From assembly GCA_051530055.1 (NCBI GenBank), contig CM121342.1:2390797-2454796 (forward strand): 64,000 nucleotides of DNA, read 5' to 3'. The translations under genes and the position numbers were made by a program. Source of the stretch: Neoechinorhynchus agilis (taxonomy: Eukaryota; Animalia; Acanthocephala). Positions 49,101 through 59,539 of the stretch are shown here, one piece after another. The notes below the pieces were generated by a model that saw only the letters and a list, made by a program, of their open reading frames with translations, had not been told where the DNA came from and ran no database searches. The first letter of the stretch is position 1, and the number at the start of each line of letters is the position of its first letter.

Positions 49101-49193
49101 AACTAAATATGACGGCGGTGCCGATAGCGAAGAAGTACCGTGAGGGAAAGTTGAAAAGGATTTTGAAAAGAGTGTTAAATAGTACGTGAAACT
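49101..49193 (+). rRNA. Orphan fragment of 28S (LSU) rRNA 5' region, non-functional
   Basis: ctaaata...ccgatagcgaagaagtaccgtgagggaaagttgaaaag..tttgaa.agag.gttaaa.agtacgtgaaac matches the conserved LSU segment just upstream of D2. Confidence 0.85.
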
Positions 49194-49478
49194 GCACATT
49201 GGATCTTTTATTGAACCTAAACCTAATGAAGATCGACTTTAATGGTCATAATTCGCGTAAGATAAAAGTCTATAAGTTTTAATTAAAAATTGTATGCTTA
49301 AAATGCATTATGTATTTTTCGAGACACGCACGATTAAGTGCCTTTTTGTTAATCCTTGCACTTCCCTTGATAATTTGCAAAATTAAACTTTTTTCATTTT
49401 ATTTAGCACAAATAGCAAACATATATATAAACGTTCGAATCTTCATTTTCACTGAGTAGAACTTCCATTATTTCCAAT

Positions 49479-50732
49479 TTATCTTGGTCCTCCTGTTCTT
49501 CGATTAACGCCTTTCATATAGGCACAATAACTCATATAAGTTTCCTTCCATGTAGTACCACCGATAATCTTCTCGGCATCAAAATCAAGTTTGCATTTTC
49601 GTCTCCAAGCATGTTCTATAGAGCTTTTCACCGTTGGATTTAATCTCTCAAAGGTTGAAATTTCCTTTTCATCGCAGAAATCAACCATATAATCCACAAC
49701 TCTCATAATAGGGAACTGCGAGTTGAATCTGTACGTGCCAACATCATTGGTGAACTTCTCAAATTGCTCTCTTTCATAAGCTACGACTGGATTACTCTCG
49801 GGTTCCGGCTGGACCTCATTTCCGTATTTCCGAAGCGAATGTGCGACAATGAATGCTTCTTCTTCTTCACGTTTCTTTTTCTCCTCTTCCTCCTTCAGTC
49901 TCTCTTCGTATTTTCGAATGTAAACCTTATCTCCGAACGCTAGGTCCTTCTTTTCTCTAAGCAAATCGATCAATTTGAATGGTTGGATATTATCCATCGA
50001 TATCTTTTCTAATTTCCTATGTATCATATCCACATATTCTGGGGGGAATCGTCGTTTAGCAGGTTGTGTAATACATCGAGGAGGGTCCATATCTGCATAA
50101 AGATCTTTGGACGAACGTGAACGGTGGTACTTTTTGTACCGTCGATACTTCCCAGTTTCTCGAAGATAGTCCATAAAATCCCGAGCGGATATCCTTCGTA
50201 TAGGACTCTTTCTTTTTCCACGTCTCCAAGGGTTGCCACAAACTGTTTGTGCCACACCGCCTGTAGTGCCTGTAGGATCTATTTTAGCGAACGTATACCC
50301 AGGCTTCAAAAAGAAGGGTGTTTCATCATAATCTGAGAAAATGTATGTTTCATACTGTTCTTTAAGCCATTCCAAACCATACATATTTATAACTCTATCA
50401 TATATCTTAAAATTCTCACCTATAAGATTGAGGTAATACACCATTTTTTTCTTATTCTTTGTGATCGAATTTTTGTGAAGATTTCGAATAATATCTCGCA
50501 TTTCATAATGGTTGTAATTTTTTCTAGTTTTTCCACCATGAAGCCATTGTCGCCTGGTTTCCTCTTGCTTATTGTAACTAAATTGTTGTCGACGTTCATC
50601 ATGCTCACGTTTTTCTCTTTCAAGCTTTGCTTTTATAGCTTCTTCACCTAGTTTCATTCTTTTCGCCGTTTCCTTTTCCACGAGGAGATCAAAGTAGTTC
50701 TTCACTTTGTTCTTATAATCTTTTACGTCCAT
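49479..50732 (-). CDS. Intronless protein with a C-terminal Elongin-A-like domain
   Basis: 417-aa ORF. CDEKEISTFERLNP..AWRRKCKLDF..TWKETY aligns without gaps to Elongin A CTPDQLYRIEEYN..LWKVHCHRDF..SWREMY. Confidence 0.78.
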   Translation of the reverse strand: MDVKDYKNKVKNYFDLLVEKETAKRMKLGEEAIKAKLEREKREHDERRQQFSYNKQEETRRQWLHGGKTRKNYNHYEMRDIIRNLHKNSITKNKKKMVYYLNLIGENFKIYDRVINMYGLEWLKEQYETYIFSDYDETPFFLKPGYTFAKIDPTGTTGGVAQTVCGNPWRRGKRKSPIRRISARDFMDYLRETGKYRRYKKYHRSRSSKDLYADMDPPRCITQPAKRRFPPEYVDMIHRKLEKISMDNIQPFKLIDLLREKKDLAFGDKVYIRKYEERLKEEEEKKKREEEEAFIVAHSLRKYGNEVQPEPESNPVVAYEREQFEKFTNDVGTYRFNSQFPIMRVVDYMVDFCDEKEISTFERLNPTVKSSIEHAWRRKCKLDFDAEKIIGGTTWKETYMSYCAYMKGVNRRTGGPR

Positions 50733-51053
50733 CTTTAATGATTAGTATTGAAAGAAATACAGTAAGTCGTCCACAGATTGTGTTTGTACAAGTTCTCAAT
50801 ACTATCAGTATTAGTCAAAGTAAGTGCAGAAAGTGAACGCGTAGAACGATCACACAAAGAGCTCGTATACATACTACGGTTAGAATCGTGAACGCTGATT
50901 GGTTGGACGCAAATTTTCCATCATTATCTATGACATTATTAAGCACCTCTAATGCCAATACTGCGGGTCATTAAAAAATCGTTTGATCTTTATTTTTTAC
51001 ATATGCGGGAGACTAATTGCATCTTTGATCGGCCGCGAAATTGTGCAACTTTC

Positions 51054-52466
51054 CTAGCTCGCTATAGCATCATATATTACGTTCGTTATCGATAAAATCG
51101 ATTCCACAATTTTAGTTGCTCTAAAAATTCTTTGGAAACAGCTGAGAATGTTGCTTTTTGCTCTTGAAAAAAATGTTTGTTGAAGCGGAGCGAATTTACG
51201 AGGTTGAACTTTTCGATCTTCTGTGGTACAAAACCCTTTCGTGTAGGGCCTAACTTTAACTTTGCGTTCATACCTCGGAGACTGTAAGTCATAAATTTCG
51301 ATCCCTTCTCCTTTTTTGAGACGTCGTCTAACCATATTTTCATTTGGTTCCTTTTCACGTGTAAAATCCCGCTTTTTGGCCGGGACCTTTACATTATTTC
51401 TTTCCTTTCTCCTACTTAAATAAGCCAAATATTCGTTGACCTTTTCTCGAATCAACAGACGAGCACATCGATCGCTTATACCTTCTACGGGAATTACGCT
51501 AACCACATTGACCGCCTCCACTTGAGGTTTTGCATTGACAATTTTTCGATTTTGTCTTAATTTAGCGATAACGTCGAAGAATCTTTTTCTGAGAGCGTAT
51601 CTCGGTCCAATTGTCATATGATTTAAATGATCAATAAGACTGCTAATGCTACTTTGTGAAGCTCTTTTTGGTATAACTTCAAGTCTCCTAAATTGATTGA
51701 CTAGAGAGCGAACTTCACTTCTTGCGCTGTCTCCATTTTCAAACGTAAGTAAATCGAATTGATTTGCGAGCTTATTAACTGATCTCGAAAAATTTGAACT
51801 TGTTTTATTGTATCCGTTATCCATGCCTTTACAATTAACTTTATCGCCCCTCAAAACATTCTTTTGTGTAGGAGAAAAACCGCCAGATATTTTTCTTATA
51901 TGTTCTGATTGATTTTTTATTGCACTTTTGAGCTGCGCTGACTTTTGTTGATTTTTTTGCAATTTACTGGAAAGCACATTTGGGTCATTTCTAAGCGATT
52001 GCCTTTGATCTAAGCGTAGACTTCTAAATTGATCACAGAACTGCTCAAATTGATTTTTATATGCATCCACATGATTTATGAAGCACGGTTCAGTGGTTTG
52101 TCCGACTATTTTTATTGGCGATATTGTTAATTTTCCCAATTTTTCATCAATTTCTTCAATCGGATTTTTTTGTGCATGTGTATGATTAGATGGATTAATT
52201 GAAAGGCGATTAAGTCTATCAATAAGTTTTCCAATTTTACTAGTTGCATTGAGCGCGAGTCCTTGGAATGAATCTATTAAACGATCAATTTTTCCCATGT
52301 TTTTGTAATCATTAAATAATTGGTTGAATCGAAGAGCAAAACCATCAATTTGGCTTAGATTCTTAAGATCGGCCATTTCAGTGAATAAATCGAGATGGGA
52401 AAAATATCGGGGTTTCTGTACAAAGTGATCTCCAAAATTATTGTAGTGTGAAAAATCAGCAAACAA
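51054..52466 (-). CDS. Intronless orphan protein with seven NES-like helical repeats
   Basis: 470-codon ORF (first ATG at MADLKN); repeated hydrophobic pattern h-xx-h-xxx-h-xx-h-x-h; basic C-terminal third. Confidence 0.8.
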   Translation of the reverse strand: MFADFSHYNNFGDHFVQKPRYFSHLDLFTEMADLKNLSQIDGFALRFNQLFNDYKNMGKIDRLIDSFQGLALNATSKIGKLIDRLNRLSINPSNHTHAQKNPIEEIDEKLGKLTISPIKIVGQTTEPCFINHVDAYKNQFEQFCDQFRSLRLDQRQSLRNDPNVLSSKLQKNQQKSAQLKSAIKNQSEHIRKISGGFSPTQKNVLRGDKVNCKGMDNGYNKTSSNFSRSVNKLANQFDLLTFENGDSARSEVRSLVNQFRRLEVIPKRASQSSISSLIDHLNHMTIGPRYALRKRFFDVIAKLRQNRKIVNAKPQVEAVNVVSVIPVEGISDRCARLLIREKVNEYLAYLSRRKERNNVKVPAKKRDFTREKEPNENMVRRRLKKGEGIEIYDLQSPRYERKVKVRPYTKGFCTTEDRKVQPRKFAPLQQTFFSRAKSNILSCFQRIFRATKIVESILSITNVIYDAIAS

Positions 52467-53108
52467 TACTTATCTAGTGATAAGCGTGTCGAAATGATCA
52501 GATATTATCGAGATAATCGTTGATAATTGGTGCAGGAATGCATCATTATTTCGATCCCTCGTTCAAATTTTACGTCTATTCTGAAAGCTTTAGATATTTA
52601 GTTTTTGGTCAAGCGAAATAAAGAAAAGATTTTACTGTATTAATATTTCGTCCTCTACGTAAGGTGTCAAATATTATCCATTATCTGCAATAAAAATGTC
52701 ACATTTGGTTAAATGAATACCACAATAAAAATGTCAGTGTTCAATAACGATTATAAGTTCTTGCTTGAATATTTATTACTCGCTTAAATGCGCCAAATTA
52801 TTTCAAATTAATTTATGTAACCAATAGAAATTTGGAGTAGTATGCGTTGATGCAAACGCGTTAACTTAAAATTGTTATCTTTATTGTTGTGATTACGCTT
52901 TCGGTTACTTCAAGTGCAATTATCAATCTCATTAACTTTTTGTGGATAACATCTGCGATTAACCTTTCAGTGTTCAGAGTTTTATATTAAGAAATAAAAA
53001 ACCCGCTGGGAATATGAACCCCCCTCGTTGTGTGATAATAGCCTTCTTGACAAGGAAATATTACTCTGACGTACACTTCCCAAATTTCAGATCTTATTTG
53101 CTATAACA

Positions 53109-53702
53109 ATGTATAATGACTCAAACAAAAATCAAGAAGGCGAATTATCAGAGCATTCCCCTAAAACTGCACATGAGAATTTAACTATTTCTCACTTATT
53201 CAGTGATCTTCAACTCCAGGAACAATCCTCTTCTGATACTACAACGAAGGCAGTTGATTTAAATCCAGAAATCCCGCTGGATTATAGTGATGACGACGAA
53301 AAGAGCGATCCATTTCCTTTCAAAAACAGCGATCAATCATTAATGTCACCGATTTCACTTCGTTTTCGAAAATCACAGTCCCCAAATTCTCAACCAGAGA
53401 AAGATTCTCAATTATCTACCTCAACAATCGCTGCTTGTGCCACGGCAAGAGTACGGTTAGCTCCGATTGCTCTTTATCGAGCGATTTTCACCATAAGACG
53501 AATGTATGCAAGCGAACTTCGAAATGTGAACGCAACTGTTCCTTTCGCTTTGGGAAAGTCTTATAATGAATGGAAAAGAACTACACAGCGATACTTTAAT
53601 CGCCGATGCGTTCCAGAACGTCTCGCTGCAACTTTGCTGGCACGCATTGATCGTCTGTATGAAAATTATTTTGTGGAACATTCACAAAATTTAGTTAATT
53701 GA
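53109..53702 (+). CDS. Intronless orphan protein, paralogue of 48199..48831
   Basis: 197-aa ATG ORF; acidic Ser/Pro-rich N-terminus, ISHLFSDLQL motif and the shared C-terminal domain. Confidence 0.8.
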   Translation: MYNDSNKNQEGELSEHSPKTAHENLTISHLFSDLQLQEQSSSDTTTKAVDLNPEIPLDYSDDDEKSDPFPFKNSDQSLMSPISLRFRKSQSPNSQPEKDSQLSTSTIAACATARVRLAPIALYRAIFTIRRMYASELRNVNATVPFALGKSYNEWKRTTQRYFNRRCVPERLAATLLARIDRLYENYFVEHSQNLVN

Positions 53703-54423
53703 ATATAGTTTGTAAATTGAATTATTTGTAAACGCTGTTTAGCTAGCTTTTCGTAGTCTTTGGTTGAAATGAACGCAAAGAGTATAAGAGAAAAAACATT
53801 AGTTTTAGGGTGCTCGGAACGGAAAAATTGTTAACTACAAAATCAATCTACTATCCGTACCAATCGGTCCAATGCATATCTTTGGCAAGAATACAAAAAG
53901 ACAGGTTTATTTCTTTTACCAACACAACTTTTCACTGTTGACCTTTTTTGAATTTAAAACACACAATGAAAATCCTCAATTTGAAAAATAGAGTCAAGCA
54001 GTGCGATAAGCTAAATCCGGTAAACTTGAATTTATGCACTCGAAAACAAGCTAAATTTGGTTTTAATTCTTGATTTTCTTAAAGACATAAAGACCACAGA
54101 TCATTTAACATTTCATTGTTTAAAAATATATAAAATGATAATACAAAGTTTTCTTAGCAAACTCAGCAACGCAGTTTAATGTATTTAATCGCTAATTTCA
54201 ACATCCTTTGAGTATAACTCAAAACCTGGAATATATAATTAAGATCAATTATTTACATTGACGTTCCTTATTCTTAGATCTTATTTGAATCTCCGGATCA
54301 TGGAGCTTAGCCTATTTACTTAGGTGATTCGCTTTCTTTTAAATGACGACGAACCGAGACTTTGAAGTGAATCATTTTCGCAACTTGTTTTTAAAGGGTA
54401 TTGAACTTTCGTTAAAAACATAA

Positions 54424-54822
54424 ATGTTCTCAGCCTTCGAGCGTCTCGCTTTTCTGGTAATACTGGTATTCAACCCCGTCAACAACCTTCTCTGTTACGA
54501 ATGCTTTTCCACTCGACCGTCGGATTGCAAAGTAATTGAAGATTTTTTTATCGTTGAGTGCCTTAATAACATTACTCAATACTGCTGGACCGGGGTAATA
54601 GGCGAGTTAACTTATCGGACTTGCGCCAGTGGTCTATGTCAGGGACGTGTTCCTCTTCACGATAATTTTTTGGAACTCATATTTGATGGAATACCCACCC
54701 GATACATTATGGAGAATCGCTGCTGTGCAACAGACCTTTGCAACGGTGTTGTGTCGCTCCAAACAATTGGAGCTTTAATAATTCCATTCATTGCCATTAT
54801 TATTGGTAACCGACATTTTTGA
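54424..54822 (+). CDS. Ly6/uPAR three-finger protein, probably GPI-anchored
   Basis: Signal peptide, CYEC...CCxxDLCN with 10 Cys, hydrophobic C-terminal tail. Confidence 0.9.
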   Translation: MFSAFERLAFLVILVFNPVNNLLCYECFSTRPSDCKVIEDFFIVECLNNITQYCWTGVIGELTYRTCASGLCQGRVPLHDNFLELIFDGIPTRYIMENRCCATDLCNGVVSLQTIGALIIPFIAIIIGNRHF

Positions 54823-55231
54823 CTCTTCGATAGAGAAATAAATTTTCATGAGTTGGTGATCATTTCTTCGCGATTGACGATGCTAAGAAAATACGGGTTT
54901 CACTCTTTCAAATTCTCGTTTTTGGCCACCAGTAAATTCTAAAAGGAGAAACAGAATTAACGTTTTCCGTTTTTTAATTGAACAAAAGCAATAACACGCA
55001 ATCGGTTCATTAAAAAATGACCACTTGTCGAATTTGCGCAAACCTTGGTTCTGATTAAAACTTCGCACTCACAATGATTGCATTATCGAGTAGGCTCAAA
55101 TGGAACACAATATTTTTTATTCTTACTAAAATTTTAGGAAATAAAAAATTAAATAACGTCTTCAGTTTTTAATTTTTTTTATTTTTTTAAGAAAACATTT
55201 TTTTAATTATAACATGACAAAGCATAAAACG

Positions 55232-55572
55232 TGCAATCACCAACGTCCGCAAAATTGGAGCTTCTCTCCTTCCTCGGCTGTCGCTATCGCGCTTGCAGCA
55301 TTGCCTCGTTGTACTGCGAGCGAGACACCTTCTCGTGCGTAGGCGGTCTCTCAATTTATTCGAGAGATCCTTGAGCAGAGAGAGTGCCGAGCTGCCAAGC
55401 GCTCCATTCGTCTCTACTCCGAATGGGGCAAAATAGTGACCCCTTGCTAAATCCCTATATTTTCGTACCTTCCTCCCTTCCGCTGCACTGGCTGCAACTA
55501 CAGGGATTTCGAGAGGGAATGTTGTTTACTGCGAGGGTATCCGCATTTGCCCTCCCGCCAAGGAAAGACCGA
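55232..55572 (-). mobile_element. CRE 3' fragment with small internal deletions
   Basis: Reverse complement closely matches 58880-59255. Confidence 0.85.
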
Positions 55573-55939
55573 ATATCTGATAGCTTAATACTTAATATGG
55601 AAAAACTTATTTTTGTGTTATTCCTTCAACTTAAGCTTTCGCAATTTTCTAACAAAATAAAATTTTAAATGTTATAGCATCCAAAGCGACTAAAAAGTGT
55701 GCTTATTACGTCATGTGAGAAAAGTGATCCATGAAGAACTTCACCAATTCCCACCAGAACGGACCTTCCAACCTAACCGGATATTTTCAAACGAGCGGAC
55801 ATCCCCAAACCGGACAGTCCTACCCGAAAGGACATACAAAAAACCGGAATAACTGTATGTTTATGAGGACCCAAAGGTACATGGGTATAAGTTTTTAAAC
55901 GCAAAAATTAATAAAACGTGTTATTATTATTTATAATGT

Positions 55940-56310
55940 TGCCTCTGTCAAACACTTTACCAAGAACTTTCCCAAATCGTAATTGAAACTGCCATTCATT
56001 GATACGATTCGACTCAGAGGACATCTTTCTTTTTGTATTTTTGGCATTGCATACATCTTTGGAATTATTGGGTCACTTGGATATATCTGTTTATATATTT
56101 CCTGGCTTAGCTATCCCTTTTCTTTGCCCGGCTTCAAAAATTTTATAAGCTTGTTCGTCAGCTTATTCACAAACGGTTTATGTTCTTCAGCGAAGGTATC
56201 TGTGTCCGATAGAATTACACCCATTTTCTGATTGTAGTCCTCTTCCTCCACAGCTACCGTTATATTTTCCTTGTCCGTTTTTAAGAAAACAATTTCTTTT
56301 TTCCATTTGT
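55940..56310 (-). mobile_element. Penelope-like RT N-terminal fragment
   Basis: IVFLKTDKENITVAVEEEDY, then (shifted frame) IYPSDPIIPKMYAMPKIQK..PLSRIVSMNGSFNYDLGKFL. Confidence 0.8.
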
Positions 56311-56672
56311 TAAAGCTCGACTTTGTTGCGCCAATAGAACAGCAATTACATTGGACAAACAGGCCGGAATCTGAAGACGAGATTAGCGGAACATAAACTG
56401 TCCAAGACCCAGAAGGTGATATCTTCGAATACCGCACTACACGAGGTACAAACTAACCAGTGGTCAATTACGAGCAAACAATGGCTTTAGCAAACGAACG
56501 CAATAACAATCGACGCTTAATAGTAGAATGACCATTTAACCACTTGTATTTTAAGTTTTTTAAAAATACTTTACGGGTGAAAACTGTTTAGAAAAACAAA
56601 AATTCGATTCCCTTGCCAGTGGTAATTTTCGTTAAAATACCATTACAATTTATTTAAAAAATCGAAAATTTA

Positions 56673-57080
56673 TTAGTTTAAAAATAGTAAAAAACCCACA
56701 ATCAAAAGCAGTGTGAATAACAGAATTCCAACAGAGCGAGAGTTTACTCCGGCTCCATTACACAGATCGGTTTTACAGCAGTAGTTTTCCATAATATATC
56801 GACTTGGGATTCCATCGTAAATACGGGTGAAAGTCGCATCGTGCAGTGGTACACGTCCTTGGCACAATCCGGACGCACAACCACGGTAAAGTATTGTCCC
56901 AATGACTCCCTTCCAGCAATGTTGAGTTATGTTTGGTAAACATTCAACCTCGTCGAAATCTGCCGTATTTTTACAATTCGTGTTAGGTTCAGTGTAACAT
57001 TCATAACATGTCAAAGTGTTCGTGGAAGCCAAAAACACCACTATTAGAAGAAGAGTAATGAGTTGGATTTGTTGAAGCAT
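56673..57080 (-). CDS. Ly6/uPAR three-finger protein, paralogue of 54424..54822
   Basis: Same 10-Cys pattern; 57 of 85 residues identical across the LU domain. Confidence 0.9.
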   Translation of the reverse strand: MLQQIQLITLLLIVVFLASTNTLTCYECYTEPNTNCKNTADFDEVECLPNITQHCWKGVIGTILYRGCASGLCQGRVPLHDATFTRIYDGIPSRYIMENYCCKTDLCNGAGVNSRSVGILLFTLLLIVGFLLFLN

Positions 57081-57404
57081 TTTCGTTTCACTAGTAAAGA
57101 TTGTCGTATGTACAACAATTCAACGGTATGAGTGAATGGGTTAGTCATTGATGAGAAATATTCTCAAGAAAAGGTACTTTGTTCGGCATTGTTTTAACGT
57201 TTAACTCATTGCGACATTAGAAGATTTTAAAAACTTTACGTAACTGCATTGGCCCTCAAGGGTATTGTTATTCTCATGATGGATGATTGCCCGAAATGCG
57301 GATCAGTTTCTATTCACGTTTTTAGTGACTTTCAAACGTAAAAAAATCACGATCGCTGTCACTTTTCGCGTCTTTATTCAAATCTCGCAAAGGATTTTAT
57401 CGGA

Positions 57405-57680
57405 TCACCAGAATCTAAGGACGAAATTATAAGCAATTTCAGGCGACACCATTTGGTAGAACTTTCGAATAGCATCTTCATTCAACCCGTTTAAAAATGG
57501 AGGAAAATCGGCGACAGTTCTGTATGGAACTCGAATATATGAACCGGGCAACATAACAATTATCGCATCCAGATCACTACGTTGAACGCTCTCAATCACA
57601 TTAGTCGTTTGAGAATCCTTTGATACCACTTTGCAAATCGATTTCTCTCCATTGAAATGCATCGAGACTTTCTTTGCCAT
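57405..57680 (-). CDS. Hypothetical protein
   Basis: 91-aa ATG ORF with globular-like composition; no family recognised. Confidence 0.35.
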   Translation of the reverse strand: MAKKVSMHFNGEKSICKVVSKDSQTTNVIESVQRSDLDAIIVMLPGSYIRVPYRTVADFPPFLNGLNEDAIRKFYQMVSPEIAYNFVLRFW

Positions 57681-58034
57681 TATTTTAAACCTGTTGGGTG
57701 GGTATTTCCTTCTTTATATAACATTAAGGTGTTTATCTTTAGTAAGCGTCACTCGATTTGTCTTCGAAAATTGTTATTTCTATAAAGTGATAAAGATGTA
57801 GGATGATTTTTAACGTCCAGTTCTGGTTTTGCTTCTTACAAAGTTGAAAAAAGAATTTTTTTGAATTGAGAAATTCTTTATTGACACATTGCGATCGCGT
57901 ATATCGATTGAAATCATTCACACTTAAATTCCTGACTGAACAAACGGATTGGGAGACTTATGTTTTATAAATAAATAAAATGGGTTTTTTGGTCTTTCCA
58001 AAATTTTGAAGACTTCAGTGTTTTATTAAAGATT

Positions 58035-59255
58035 GACTATGGACCGCGAGTGCGATAGGGTGAGCGCTCTCTCGGCCCACGAAGCGTTATTTCTGATAAA
58101 GAACGCACTCTTTATCCAGAAATTGTTATATAAGGTCCGCACAACAACATTCTTCAAACATAAGGAAGGATTGGCTAAGCTCGACGGCAAGGTGAGGGCA
58201 TGCCTCGAGCGTATTTTAAATGTCCAACTCTCAGATGAGGCGTGGCGACAAGCTTCTTTGCCTATGTCATCTGGGGGATTGGGCATTCGGGCGCGAGTAG
58301 ACCTTGCCTTGCCAGTCTTTCTTGGATCGTATGAACGGATTCAATTGATAGCGAAATCATTCTGAGGGGAAAGTTTTGTCTTGACCAAGACTTTGTGGTG
58401 GCAGTTGAAGAATGGCGCCAGCAGACAGCCGTTAACCATGTTCCCGTGAATGGCCTCAGACAGTCGATCAGGGACAGACCTCTCGTCGCGAGAGCTCACA
58501 GCTCTCTACTTTCAGGTTCTCGCGATGGGTAATCCGAGCTAGATTGTTGTCAGTTTCGACACGAAAATCAGGGGCGTGGTTGGAGGCTGTTCCTCTGGCA
58601 TCTGTGGGAACTCTTCTCAATGATGAGGTAACGATGATCGCAGTGTCCTTAAGGCTTGGTCTGCCGATATGCACGCCCCATCGCTGTCGATGTGGGTCTT
58701 TGGTTGATGCTTTCGGGCGACACGGTCTCGTCTGCAGAAGGTCAGGAGGAACGTTCTCACGCCATTCTGAAATCAATAACGCAATTTCTCCGGCGTTGAG
58801 AACGGCGAACTTCCCCAACATCTTGGAACCCGCCCATCTTTGTCGACTAGACGGTCGTCGACCTGACGGAATTTCGCTCTTTCCGTGGTGAGGGCAAATG
58901 CCTTCTCTAGGACGTCACGTGTGTGGACACCCTCGCAGTGAGCAACATTCGGTACTTTCTCAAAATCGCTGGAGTTGCAGCTAGTGCAGCGGAACGGAGG
59001 AAGGTACGAAAATATAGAGAATTAGCAAGGGCCCAACATCTTGTCCCCTTCGGAGTAGAGACGTATGGAGCGCTTGGCAGCTCGGAACTCACTCTGCTGC
59101 AGGATATCTCGAAGAAATTGAGAGGAACGACCGGCGACGCACGAGCAGGTGTATCCCTGCGACAAAATATCTCACTTTCAGTACAACGAGGCAATGCTGC
59201 TAGCGACATCCGAGGAAAGAGAGAAGCTCCAATTTTGCGGACGGTGGTGATTGTA
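58035..59255 (+). mobile_element. CRE-clade non-LTR retrotransposon, 3' half
   Basis: LSAHEALFLIK, WRQASLP...GGLGIR, SGAWLEAVP, CRCG...HGLVC Zn finger, RH..IN and RPDG...DVT restriction-like endonuclease, PFGVETYG, SLSVQRGNA. Confidence 0.92.
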
Positions 59256-59539
59256 TCAGAACTAACAAATAAACGTATTCTTATAACGAAAAAAATCATA
59301 CCGGGTAATCGCCATCTTTATGAAATTAAGAAGCGTCACATTTGGGAAAAGCGGATCGATTCAATAGAGGATGCACATTGATGGCCTTTTTGATTAAACT
59401 AAAGCTAATTTTGGTAAACAGAGACGACGACTAGAGGATCGAATGTGTCATTTCTCCGCAGGAATGGTGGATGCATCTGAACAAGATATGAATCTGATTC
59501 TCCAAGATTTCATCGGATGATTTGCAACGAAGAAGAGTT

